Assembly: GCF_001194135.2 (NCBI RefSeq)
Contig: NC_069002.1
Span: forward strand, 16,363,351 to 16,427,120
DNA from: Octopus bimaculoides
Taxonomy: Eukaryota
Reading direction: 5' to 3'
DNA length: 63,770 nucleotides
Each line of letters opens with the position of its first letter. Position 1 is the stretch's first letter. Made by a program: the position numbers and the translations under genes. Under the pieces are notes generated by a model, which saw only the letters and a list, made by a program, of their open reading frames with translations, did no database searches and was not told the DNA's origin. Shown in pieces: positions 13,631 through 26,700 of this stretch.

Positions 13631-14154
13631 TGTGTGTGTGTGACTGCAGTCAAATGACTAAAACAAGTAAAAACAACAGTTCCAATTTACAGAAAACAAA
13701 AGACAAAGACAAGTGAGGGAACAACGAGGTGTATTAGTTTTGACACTTGGGAAGAATGGGAAAGCCTTTGATGTTTCGAGCCTATGCTCTTCGACAGAAA
13801 GGATTGAAAGGCAAAAAAATGGAGAGAGAAAGAAAAAGAAAAAAAAACAGAGAGAGAAAAAATGTGTAGGGATACGGGTCAACATGATGAAAAAAAAATA
13901 CATACATACATACATGATGGCCATCCACTATTGACCAAGGAAGATCATTGCTGACCTTAAGAACATTGTGCACCCTAGCACTAACTTATACCCTATTCAC
14001 GGTATCAAAGGCCTTGGTTAAACATAAATGAATATCTGGACAAGATCCATATTCTGCTCATAGCACTTCTCCTGCATCAGTCTTGCTGTGAAAATCATAT
14101 TCATTGTCCCTCTACCAGATCAGAAGCCACGTTGAGATTCAGATAGGACATCAT

Positions 14155-14420
14155 TTATGAGACACCCATTAAGGTGGGTAAGAATATTTGCCAGAACCTT
14201 GCCAGCAGCTGATAGTAGAGCAATACCCCTTTTCCTTTATAGAAAGGAAGAATAATTGCATCCTTCCAGTCCTTAAGCATTGCACCATCCCTCCAGACTG
14301 CAGTAATAAGTTCATGAAGGGACTGTATGATGTAATCACCACCAAATCGCAAAACCTCAGCATAAATTCCATCCCTTACAGGTGCCCTACCAAGATTCAA
14401 TTTACTTATTGATGTCATTA
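14155..14420 (-). mobile_element. RTE-type LINE RT fragment
   Basis: RAPVRDGIYAEVLRFGGDYIIQSLHELITAVWRDGAMLKDWKDAIILPFYKGKG. Confidence 0.8.
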
Positions 14421-15014
14421 CCTCATCTATTGATGTTGGTGCATTTACGTCCCCGTAACTTAGCAGTTCGGTAAAAGAGACCAATAGATTGAGTACTAGA
14501 CTTACAAAGAATCAGTCCTGGGGTCGATTTGTTCGACTAAAGGTAGTGCTCCAGCATGGCTGCAGTCAGTTGACTGAAACAAATAAAAGAATAAAAGAAT
14601 GAAAATATATATTAAAAATTAAGATACATATACTGAAAATAAAATAAATATATATGGGGGTGGGAAGCAGCACATATTAAGCAGAGGCCAGCAATGTCTG
14701 TGCAGAGTTTTAGATCCAATAAGGCTTGCACAACACCTCATAGACCCTCTCCACTTTATTGACATTATCCAGAGACAAACCAGAGCGAGATGTTTGGTGC
14801 CAATATGAATCGCAGGTTCAGGGATGTGGGAGCGCCATGATTTTTGGCACAAACCAAAGATCCCCAAAATGTCCAATAGCATTCCCTGCATATCTGGTTT
14901 TATATCAGAGTAACCTTCTCCTAGAGACATGTTTCAACAGAAGCTGAAGGGGTACGTCACTCCCAGTGGTCTTCTAGCATGCTGGACACCATCACAGTCT
15001 CATACATACATACA

Positions 15015-17318
15015 ACTGCGATCCAGAAACTCCCGGATGGAAAAGCACCTGGTAGAGACTTGATTGTTGGATATTGGTACAAGAAGCTACCATTCTACTG
15101 ACCATATCTTATCTATTTGAACTAGCAAGCTCAGCTCTCATTGGGAACAGTAGCATACCACACTAGTTAGCTCTGGCAGAGACAAAATTGATCCCCAAAT
15201 GCAGAACCACCCACACGGCAAAAAAACTACCAGCCAATTGTGTGCCAGAACTTAATGTATAAGATTTGTACAGCATATTTAAACTTCTTCCTCCAAAACC
15301 ATTATGAAACCAATAACATTATCACAACAGAACAAGCAGCTGGGAAGAAGGGAGTCTGGGGATGTGCTGAGCAATTGTTAATCAACAAAACTGTGATGTC
15401 AGAGTTGCAAGAGTATAGGAGGAACCTAGTTTCAATGTGGCTGGACTACAAGAAAGCCTTTGACTCTGTTCCCCACTCATGGATGCAAGGAGCCCTTCAA
15501 TTTGCTAAAGTTCCAGTGAGAATAGTCAAAACTATAGCTGACCTGACTTTATCATGGGGCACCATCTTGAAATTAAATACAAAGAGTGACTGTATTATCA
15601 ATGATAGAATACAGTATCACAAAGGCATATTCCAAAGAGATAGCCTCTCTGTGATGTTGTTTATACTTTCTGTAAAGCCCTTGTCATTTGTGTTAAGGAA
15701 GTCTGAAGGATATCTCGCTGGTTCACAAGGAAACAGAAATACCAAAATCACATACTGTTTCTTTGTGGATGACTTAAAACTTTATGCAAAGAATATGCAT
15801 GAGATGAAAAAGAGCCTTGACCTAGTTACAACATTCTGAAAGGATGTAGGAGTTTGGTCAGGATAAATGTTGCGATATGATTGTGTAAAGGGGGGAAACT
15901 ATAAACCAGACTAGTAACATCTCCATCAATGATTTGACTGTTTCCCCTGTATCTGACGAGAAATGTTACAGGTATCTAGGGGTGGATGAAAATATATTTT
16001 ACAATGGCACCTGTAACAAAACACATGTCACTAAAGAATATTACAGCCGAATAAAGAAATTTTGGACCTCAGAAATCTCTGCATTCAATAAAACAGTGGC
16101 CCACAATGTGTCTGCAGTGCCAGTACTCATACCAACATTTGGGCTGCTTGATTGGATGGCAGAGGCATCATATCCCTTTGGCAATATCTTTTAACCACCA
16201 ATCTTGCACACATGGGGCTGATAATATCATAAGACTTGGAAGGCAGCTCTTTGAGCAACATTCTTTGTCTGATAACCTAGAATACATGCCCAAAGAAGCC
16301 ACACAACTCTACCGCATCATATCATCAGATGAAAGGAGGAACCTATATCAGCAGAAGACTCTGCATGGATATGTTAGTAGAAAGCTCCATGATGATAGTA
16401 ACATTGATCATCAAAGCAGTCTATCATGGACCAATAGCTGGATTACTACCTCCCACTTTGAAGAGTATGCGTTTGCAATCCAGGAACAGGAAATATCAAC
16501 CAAGTACCTGATGCACAAAAGGGACAGAGATGCAGGAAAAGCCGTGAAATATGACAACCAATGCAGACTTTGTGGAGTTCACACTGAAGATATCACCCAC
16601 ATCAGAGGCAGTTGTCCAAAAATGTCATCACGGTATTATCTACCGATGAGACATGATGTTGTAGCTAAGATAGACAAAGAAATAAGAACTCACAATATGG
16701 TAGAAGCCATAGCCACTCATAATAAAAAGGAATACTAGTGGAATGTCCCAGTGAAGACCTCAATAAAATGTAAGCACAACAGGCCTGATATAATGATTTG
16801 GGATAGAGAAGAGAAACTGTGTACAGTTCTGGAAATTAGCTGCCCAGTGGATGTTAACATAAAGCTGAAGATCAGTGAAAAAGCGAATACTTACGCTGAA
16901 CTATTGAGCAATCTACAGTTACTCTATCCAGATTACAAGTTCAGGTTTATACCTGTAATTATTGGGCCCTTGGATATATAACACACTGCCTAAATGCCAA
17001 TCTTGAGAAATTAGGCTTCTCAAAACCAGAAAGGAAAAAGCTAATTTGAAGACTACAGATCCAATCCATCACTGGAACTGTAAAAATTTGTAAAACTTTC
17101 CAGAAGTTTCTCATTTAAATATATATATATAAGTATGTCTAGATATGCAACTATATGCATAAGAATACAGACATAAAACATACAAATCTGCACATACATA
17201 CATACAAAAATACCCTGCTGTTGATGTTGAAATGCCAATGAAGGAGCCTTGGATCTAGGTTAGAAACCGGTTCTTTCTCTATTGGCAAAAAATATTGAAA
17301 TAAACTGAATAATGACAA
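15015..17318 (+). mobile_element. 5'-truncated, decayed R4/Dong-like non-LTR retrotransposon (RT + CCHC + restriction-like endonuclease)
   Basis: KAPGRDLIVGYWYKK, WLDYKKAFDSVPH, GIFQRDSLS and FVDDLKLYA (RT). CRLC-X8-H-X4-C knuckle at ~16560-16618. HNRPDIMIWDREEKLCTVLEISCP PD-(D/E)xK-type nuclease. Stops and frameshifts present. Confidence 0.9.
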
Positions 17319-17429
17319 CAGACATACATACGACATGAAAATTTCCAAATGTTTAAAACAGTTCACATCCTTTATTCGCCAGAATGTCAACAAATTTTAT
17401 ATCCGTAATGTGCTTTCATAGAAATAAAT

Positions 17430-17749
17430 CATATATCGTTGTAAAGCCGGCCTTTTTGTTTGCAGCAGGTGTGGCTTGCGGAATTTGCCGACAACTAACG
17501 GAAATGTTGCACCCCCATCATATATACACACGCACGCACGCACACACACACACACAAACATACACAAATAAATGAATTTATACAACCATATAAATAAATA
17601 TTTATATATATTATATAGTTATATACATATATACACACATATGATGCATTTATTTCTAATGTATGTCTAGGAAACCGAAAGCAGTTCCGGGAATAAGCGG
17701 GCGTTGACGGAAATATCTCCCCCATTTGTCTGCACAGCAATCAGCGGCG
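17430..17749 (+). promoter_or_regulatory. WDR1 promoter / 5' UTR, CpG-retaining, with several CGGAA (ETS-like) cores
   Basis: Dense CpG immediately upstream of the ATG (gcggaatttgccg, aacggaaatg, ccgggaataagcgggcgttgacggaaat). No clear TATA box. TSS not determinable from sequence. Confidence 0.6.
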
Positions 17750-17765
17750 ATGTCTTACACACTCA
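17750..17765 (+). CDS. WDR1: WDR1 exon 1 coding part (MSYTL + first base of K)
   Basis: ATG TCT TAC ACA CTC A|GTAAGT. The phase-1 donor matches exon 2, which starts AA. The 16-nt coding length equals vertebrate exon 1 (MPYEIK; recalled). CpG-rich context. Confidence 0.88.
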
Positions 17766-20700
17766 GTAAGTTGGCTGCAATTTCTTTTGTCTTGGGTTTC
17801 TGTTTACAACCACAGTAATGTCTGTCCAACATCTGCCTTATGTATCTGTAATCTAGCCATTGTTATATAAAATGTAAATCTGAACCACTTCAGAAATCTT
17901 GTTCTTCTCTCCGCCTCCTCTTTTTACTCGTGATTTAAAAATCTCTTTAGAGAGATTTCCAACTTTCTACTTTCGTTCTTCTTTTATTCCGGCTTCCAAC
18001 ATCATCCATTTCTTCTTCACAGTCGTTGAACTTTCCATGTATTATTAGATTCAATTACTTTTCCCCATGCCCACAGCTATTACTAAATTAAACACCGTAA
18101 ATACATTAAGTGCTAAGATATAACTACACTTTAATGCCCCGCCTCGTTGTTTTCGCATAACTTTCCCGAAAGTGCCTTTTTTAAAATGAAATTTTGCAGA
18201 TCTACGTTTTCCAAGAGGTTGATTATGTAATGTCGATGTCTTAGGCATAGAAATCTGAAAAAGTAGAAAGTGCGGGAAATTGTTGGTAAAAAAATGTGAG
18301 AGGGGGAAAAAAAAAAAGGAAGATTGTCTGAAGTAAAATTTATTTTATCATTTCCATCAACATTATTATAATTTGTTCCTTCGATTACGTATTTCTGCAA
18401 AGTTCCTTAAAAAAAAAAAAAAAAAAAAAAAAGATTTCAGAAAATTGTAAGGTAGCAAATTCGGGGGTGGGGCACCTTTTTGTAAGATATGTCATATTAT
18501 CATATACTCACACAAACGCACATTTCTATATTGGGAAAAAATTGCTCTGTTATTGCCTGTCCTTCGCCGCTCCCTTTCAATTATTAAAGAAGTCAGGAGC
18601 CTGTAAGCGGTCAGTTGACCTTTCTGAAAGAACAACCAAACTCCTTTCATATCAGGTGAACGACCTAATAGAAAAGTAGGATGCAATTTGAATAATAGTT
18701 CTGAATGTATTGTCTGAAAATAAGATGTGATGGTGATGGCTAGATAATGGCTTTTGATAATATTTTAGATCAGTTTTCATCTCCCGTGTTGCGACTTTCC
18801 TAAAATAACAGGATTAAAAATTTAACGGAAGCATATATAATTTACAATTAACTCTTAATTTTTAGTAATATATATGTCTTCTACTGTAGCCCTAGGCTGC
18901 CCAAAGCTTTGCGAGTGGATTTGATAGAGGGAAACTGAAAGAAGCCCGTCGTGGGGCTGTGGGTGTCTTTGTGTCGATGTTTGTCCCCCACCACCGCTTG
19001 ACAATCGGTGTTGGTGTGTTTACGTCCCCGTAATCTAACAGTTTGGCAAAACTGATCGACAGAATAAGTATCAGACTTTAAAAATGTACTTCTTGTGTCG
19101 ATTCGTTCGATTAAAATTCTTCAAGGCGGAGCACCAGTTTAGCCGTTATCTTATAACTGAAACAAGTGAAAGAAAAAGCTATGTATGTACGTACGTTTAA
19201 TTGTATCCTAACCTTAATTTTATTAAAAGGGGTGGGTCACGTAGGATGCTATTTGGTACTTGGGGTGTCTGTTTAATTGGGGCTGGTTGTTTGATGTCAA
19301 ACTTCTAACCGATTTTATTTGCCCAACACAAACTTGTTATATTTTCAAACACTTCAGTATACGAAGGTAGTGTTTAACCCACGGCCAGTACTGACCAAAG
19401 CCATTCCAGTCTCGTGGTAGTTAGATATTTTTGTAGTCATCACTTCATTGTCTAACTTTTTTTTTGTTTTGTTTTAAGGCTGGCGGATGTGATATGAAGA
19501 TTTGTCTACTATTTCTAGCAGGTCAAACGACCACGCAACGACACCCTCGTTTGTGTGTCTTATGTTTGTTGTTGCTGTTGTTTACTCTTATCGGTTAAAC
19601 TTACGAGCAGAGATAACCCAGTCGTGATCATCCCATTTACATGTGTCTCTTTATTTTTTCTAACGGCGGTAGAGTATGATTTGAGTTAGATATGGTTGCT
19701 ATTTCCAGCCGCTCAAATGACCACATAGTAGCTCCTCCTTTTAGCTTGTAAGGTCTACCCCAGGTGAAGCCTGTTATAATAGACATTCCAGCCTTGACTG
19801 TACCGTAAGACAACCAATGTGGACCACATCCGTTCTCTTAAAGTACGTTAGGTGTGCTTTGAAGAAAACCTGGTTGCTATGTCTAGCAGATCGAATGACC
19901 GCGTAAAGGTACTCATATTGGCCAGTAAATGTTTCATTGTGTGTACTTAAAATCGGTTGGCATGTGTGTGTGTGTGTGTGTGTACGTACTTATATCTGTT
20001 GGCTTGCCTGTGTTGCAAAAAATTAGTGAACTGCTTAACTTAGATGCAGAAAACACCTGCTCCTAGTCTGTGTTGAAGTGCCCCTCGCCTTGTCTGACTT
20101 AAACAATTGCACTTCTTATATTACCAGTGCTCGTGTGCGTCTGTCCTGTGTACACACGATCAGTAACACGATGCTATCGTTATCATTGTTGTGATAATCA
20201 TTTTCGTCATTGTCACATTTTCTATTGCTCATTGCAACTTTTCAAGCTTTCTTGTCTTTCGTCTATGAGTGTGTGCATATATGTATAATGTATACGTAAT
20301 GTGAGTTGTCTGTGGGTGTATAGACGTTAGCTAATTTTATATTTTGACGATTTATTATCTCTTTTTAATAAATGTAAACATAATAATATTCCTCTACACT
20401 GCCTTAAGTATTTTCCGATTCGTTTCGGCCATTCCCGGTGGCCAAATTATCTTTACACATTCGTCATTGTTTCTTAGTTTCATCTTCGTTAACTATCCAA
20501 ATTGAAAATTGTTATTTGCGGTATCGTTATATTGATAGCAACATATATAAATTTAAAGCACATACATGTATATACAAACTATGTACCGTATTGCGAACAG
20601 AAAACACGACTGTTTTCTCTGTTATCTTTTTATCAAGTTTTCATTTTCTTATTTTCATCCGAATTTCTGGCATTTTATTCAAAACAGATTCCTGAAATGC

Positions 20701-23700
20701 ATTTATCGACGTTTATTATGTCGTCTGCACGACGAGTTCAAATCCCAGATCCCGGTGCCCCTTCATCCTGCAGATGAGACGGTAAACATCTAGAAATGTT
20801 AATGATAGAATTAAAAACTTTATAACTTAACCAATCAAACTGCTAGAAACGTCTACAGTATAAAATATTTTTTTCTACTCTAGGTACAAGGCCCGAAATT
20901 TTATGGGGAGGGGGCCAGTCGATTAGATCGACCCCAGTATGCAACATAATTTGCTGAGATAGGTTTTTCTACAGCCAGATGCCATTCCTGTTGTCAACTT
21001 CCATTTGTTTTCAAGTCAGGTAATGTCTCCTTATGGTCAGACATATTTTTGCAGTATATTAGAAACAAAGGACTCTGCTTGTATGGCAGTGACACTCATT
21101 TACAACTATTATATGATGTCAAGGCAGCGAAACAGTAACACACATACTCACACACACTTACTTGTGTGTGTGTGTGTGTGTGTGTGTGCAGGTGTGGCTG
21201 TGGTAAGAAGCTTGCTTCCCATCCACATGCTTCTGGGTTCAGTCCCACTGCGTGGCACCTTGGGTAAGTGTCTTGTATAATAGCCTCAGGCTGACCAAAG
21301 CCTTGTGACAGAAACTGAAAGAAGCCTGTCATATATACATATGTATGTGTGTGTGTGTGTGTGTATGAAGTACTAAGGTCAATTCATTCAACTGAAAATT
21401 CAAGGCAGTGCCCCAGCATAGCCACTGTCAAATGACTGAAACAAGTAAAAGATAAAAAAAAGAAGATAAAAGATATATAATGGCACAGGAGTGGCTGTGT
21501 GGTAAGTAGCTTGCTTACCAACCACATGGTTCTGGGTTCAGTCACACTGCGTGACACCTTGGGCAAGTGTCTTCTACTATAGCCTAGGGCCGACCAAAGC
21601 CTTGTGAGTGGATTTGGTAGACGGAAACTGAAAGAAGCCTGTTTCTAAGACCTTTGGAAATGTGCTGTGCGTGAGAAGACCCGGCAAGCCAAGTGAGATC
21701 GTTGCCAGTGCCCCTGGACTGGCTCTTGTGCGGGTGGCACATAAGATGTACCATCCTGAGCGTGACCATTGCCAGTACCGCCTGACTGGCCTTGTAGGGT
21801 TTTCGAGCGAGATCGTTGCCAGTGNNNNNNNNNNNNNNNNNNNNNNNNNNNNNNNNNNNNNNNNNNNNNNNNNNNNNNNNNNNNNNNNNNNNNNNNNNNN
21901 NNNNNNNNNNNNNNNNNNNNNNNNNNNNNNNNNNNNNNNNNNNNNNNNNNNNNNNNNNNNNNNNNNNNNNNNNNNNNNNNNNNNNNNNNNNNNNNNNNNN
22001 NNNNNNNNNNNNNNNNNNNNNNNNNNNNNNNNNNNNNNNNNNNNNNNNNNNNNNNNNNNNNNNNNNNNNNNNNNNNNNNNNNNNNNNNNNNNNNNNNNNN
22101 NNNNNNNNNNGACGTTAAACGAAGATGATGATGATGATATATATATGTATGTATGTGTGTGTATATGTTCGTGTGTCTGTGTTTGTCCCCTCAACATCGC
22201 TTGACAACCGATGGTGGTGTGTTTACGTCCCCGTAACTTAGCGGTTCGGCAAAAGAGACCGATAGAATAAGTACTAGGCATCCAAAGAATAAGTCCTGGG
22301 GTCGATTTGCTCAACTAAAGGTGGTGCTCCAGCATGGCCACAGTCAAATGACACCAGTAAAAGAGTAAAGAGTAATGGACTTCTTTCAGGTTATGTCTCC
22401 CAAATCCATTCAAGGCTTTCATTAGCCTAGAACTATAGTTGGAGACACTTCTGCAAGGTGCCATGCAGTATGCAGTTGGACTGAACTCAGAACCATGTGG
22501 TTGGGAAGCAAACATCTTACCTCACAGCCACACCTGCACCTATGTATATACACACATATATATAACATGTTTTTGTGTTATTTCCAATGAGATTGCAAGA
22601 GTGAAACTAATGAAATAACACTTGTGACAGTTGTCACTCCTTTTGTTCCATTTTCAAACAACTCTGGAATATCTGTGTCTTTGGTTTTGTCCGCCATTCT
22701 CTTCCTTCTCTATATCAGTGATCTTGCCATCTCATCCACCAAGGCCCACTTTTATGTAGATGATACAATCATTCATTCATCCCTCACCTTCTCCAGCTAC
22801 ACATTATTCATGTTCAACATAGACACCTTATGCCAAACCTGCACTGGTTTCAGCAATGGAGACTTCAAAACCAACCACTTGTGAGGCTGCAACCATCTTT
22901 CCTCTTTAATGGGAAAAATCCCTCAAGTATTATTCATATCAAAATTTCATCACACCTTCTCTCTAAAACGTGGGCAGCCCTTAACTAAAATCCTCAGAGT
23001 TGCTCTAAATGCGAGCTTTTACTATCGTTGAGGATCTCTCCTGGCAGAAACATGTCCTTAACAAAGCTAGGACTGCATCCCTAAAGCTGGCCCATCTTTA
23101 CAGGGCCAGAAAATATTTGGCTCTCAACAATTGCTGATACTCTACAAAACTGAAAGGAGGCAAGGTCCACAGTGGGGTATTACTCTATCTCTGAGACGGT
23201 GATACTGTTACACATCCAGACATTCTGGATTGTATCCAGAAAAGGGCCACTTGATTGATTGGCATAAAATCACTCACAGCACATACTCCAGCCTCAGGCT
23301 GACTTTTTTTGTCCCCCTGTCTTTTCTGTCATTTCTTTAATGGCCTTTGTTTTTCAGAATTATTTGCTCTTATATCTCCTCCACTCAAAAGTCTCGGTCA
23401 TTGCTTCCGTGAGGCCCAACACTCAAAAGGAACTCAGCCACTTTGCCTCTGTGAGGGTCAACATTCGAAAGGAAATCATTTTGCCTTCCCGAGGCCCAAC
23501 AATCAAAAGGAACTCAGCCACTTTGCCTCTGTGAGGCCCAACATTCAAAAGATGTTTTTTATGTCACCAGCATGGGTGCACTTGGCTTGATGGATGCTCT
23601 CAAGCACAGCACATCGCCAAAGGTCTTGGTCACCAGTCATTGCCTCTGTGAGACTCAAAGTTTGAAGATTATTCTTCACCACCTCGTCCCATGTCTTCCT

Positions 23701-26700
23701 GGCTCTACCTCTACCATAGATACCTGCCACAGTTAGAGATCGGCACTTCCTTACACAGCTGTCCTCATCCATACACATCATATGACCATACCAGTACAGT
23801 CGTCTATCTTGCACACCACATCTGATTCCTCTTATGCCTAACTTTTCTCTCAAGATGCTTACACTCTGTTGAACATGCACACTGACATTGCACATCCAGC
23901 GAAGTATGCTGGCTTCATTTCTTTCAAGCCTATGCATGTCCTTGGCTGTCGTAGCCCATGCTTTACTGCCATGCAGCATAGCTGTTCACACACAGGCATC
24001 AAGCAATCTGCTTTTCACTCTGAAAGAGATGCCCTTTGTTGTCAGCAGTGGTAGGAGCTCTCTGAACTTTGTCCATCCTAATCTTATTCTCACAGCTACG
24101 CTCTTGGAGCATCCACCTCCACTACTAATTTGGTCACCTTGATAACAGAAGGTATCTACTACCTCTAGCTTGCCTCCCTGACACTCGATGGAGTCTATTT
24201 TCAGCATTTATTGGACCTGTGCATCTTCCACACACAAAAGCTAGTTTCCCTGTTAACCTTCACTGATAATCAGTTTACAGATATTGAGGAAACTTTTCAG
24301 CATTATTTTATTTTAACCCCAAAATATGCTTTGTGGTGATTTTTGTTGCGGAAAATAAAATAAGCATTTTGGGTTGTCCAATTTCAGATTCACTGCAACT
24401 TGCTACTTGCTACCATATTAGAATATTACAAATCTTTCTATTGAACAGCAATTGGTGAGAGCAGTGGTGGTAAAGCAGAAGCTTTCCCATGGCTTTGAAG
24501 TATCTCTTACATTGGCGTAATTAAGTGGTGTAGATAGAAAATGATATTGAAACATTTAACCTCCTCCTCCTCCTTCTCCTCTTATTCATTTAGTAGTGTA
24601 CTTTGTACTGCTTCCAGCATGATAACGAGTTACAATGAACCAGAATTCAGAGTATAGTAAGATGGCCGGTAATTATTTTTTCCTACAACAAAAACTATCC
24701 AGAAATATTCGCCTGTCGTATGATTTAGTTTGAAAATGGTTTTGTGTTTATTTTTCATTAAAATTTTGATATCAACTGAGGTGAAAATAAACCATTGCTA
24801 TACAAAAATAGCTTATTGTACATCAATATAGACTGTTGAGTAATATAAATTGTAAAGGAACCACACCCCCTCAGAGGATGAGGTCACCTATGGACTTCTC
24901 TTTAGTATTACACCTCTGTTACACTGGATTTATTTCATTGAACATTGACTTCTTCTTAGTCATGAAAGTTAATACTTGTTTTTAAACTTGACGACTATTG
25001 TGTATGTGTATATGTGTGGGTGTGCGTGTGTGCATAGATTAATCCACTCATAGCATAATAAACGCTTCATTTGATCAGACTGATTTAATCTATTATTAAA
25101 CTTATCATCCATCTCTGGACTTATTAATCACTGCTTATGGTCAGGCAGATGTTTTCATCTTGGTTAATATAGTCACAATGTTTCGGCCATTTTCAGGTTT
25201 TTCTCATATTCAGTTAATGTTCCAAGAATTTGGAACCAAACTGTTCATTAAATGTCCAAAGATATTCTCCTTATTGGTTAGTCTACAACTTGTGATGCCT
25301 ATACTTTGTTATACATTAAAAAGTGGATGTAGGCATAAGTGTAGTACTTTGGGGAGTGGTAATAAGTTCAATCCGCAAAGCAGTCAAGATACACACACAC
25401 ACATGCACATATGTAAAAGACCCTCTTTGGTCATGAGACTGACCATGGGATTGCACTGAGAAAGTTACCCTCTGAGGCATAAGTCCAGGTAAGGTTGTTT
25501 ATAGAAGACCAGCAGTTACCCATACTCCCCTCTTCATGCCACTGACATTATCCAAGGGAAAGGCAAAGGCTGATACAGCTTGGCACCAGTGACATCGCAT
25601 CTCATTTCTACAGCTGAGTGAACTGGAGCAACGTGAAATAAAGTGTCTTGCTAAAGAACACAACACAGCCTTGTCTGGGAATCAAACTCACTATCTCATG
25701 ATTGTGAGCCCAACACTCTAACCATTGAGCCATACGCCTTCGCATATATATATATATATCATCCAACTGTCTGGATGTTTTGTTGTCACTTGTCGCATTC
25801 TTGTCCAATTTAAAAATTCTTTTTTATATACATATAGTGGCATATATACACTTTGGTCTCTTATATGTAAGTACACACACACACACACACACATAAATTT
25901 TGTATAACTCTCTTATTCTTTCACTCTCTCTTTCTTTCAGCCCCTTCACACTTATTTCGTTCTTTCCACCCTTCTTTCTTTCACTCCCCCTCTCTCACAT
26001 TTCCTGGCCTTCCCTTCATTCTCACCTTCCCTCCTCTTTCACTTCACTCTGTCTCTTTTTTTTTTTCTCGTCCCTCCCTAATTCTTCTATCCCTCTACCT
26101 CTCTCCTCTCCTTCCACATGACCGGTGTTCGACCAAGCCTGACCTTTCTTTCTTGGTTGTACTACCATTCATGCAACATCTATATTCCTTCCCATGCCTG
26201 TCATCTCTTATGTCCCTGCTGTAAGGCTTCACTTCCACACACGCCAGCTTAATTTTATTCGTCCTTAGTCGAAAGACACCTGTTGTTAATGTCTTGTTGT
26301 TTACATTTGTATTTGTGTACCATTTCTCCATTTTTGTCCGCCCTTGTTTTCATATACATTTGCTGCTTCTTTCCAAGGAATCTAGTGCTCTTAGCTTAGA
26401 TTTTCCTTGGGGCTAGCCAGATTGGAGCGGTCTCGAGTATAACCAGCCGAAACTGCAAAGATAATCTGGAACTCAACTGACGAATGAAAACTCCAAATGA
26501 CCCGTCCTTTTTTCATGTCCTTTTTTGTATCATCTAACTGTCTGGATGTTTTGTTGTCGCCTGTCACGTTCTTGCCCCATTTTTTGTATTCTTTATATAT
26601 ATATATGTGTGTGTGTATATGTATGTATGTATGTATGTACGCACGTGTGCTCCTCCTGTTAATAATCGTCACTTGTTTCCAAGTAAGGTAATATTTCCTT

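Noticed and set aside
13060-13810. Hammerhead-like motifs (ctgtNgaagagcNtaggctcgaaac) in two inverted copies, reminiscent of Penelope-like termini
   Set aside because: The core deviates from CUGANGA, there is no GUH cleavage triplet and no stem I. Probably an unclassified repeat; 25930-26500 is likewise left unclassified.
18051-18400. Antisense ORFs / nested minus-strand gene in intron 1
   Set aside because: Short, no homology recognised, and the apparent splice signals are weak
20566-20793. 75-aa ORF as WDR1 first coding exon
   Set aside because: The donor is phase 0, or phase 2 from the nearest ATG, whereas exon 2 needs phase 1. The exon at 17750-17765 fits exactly.
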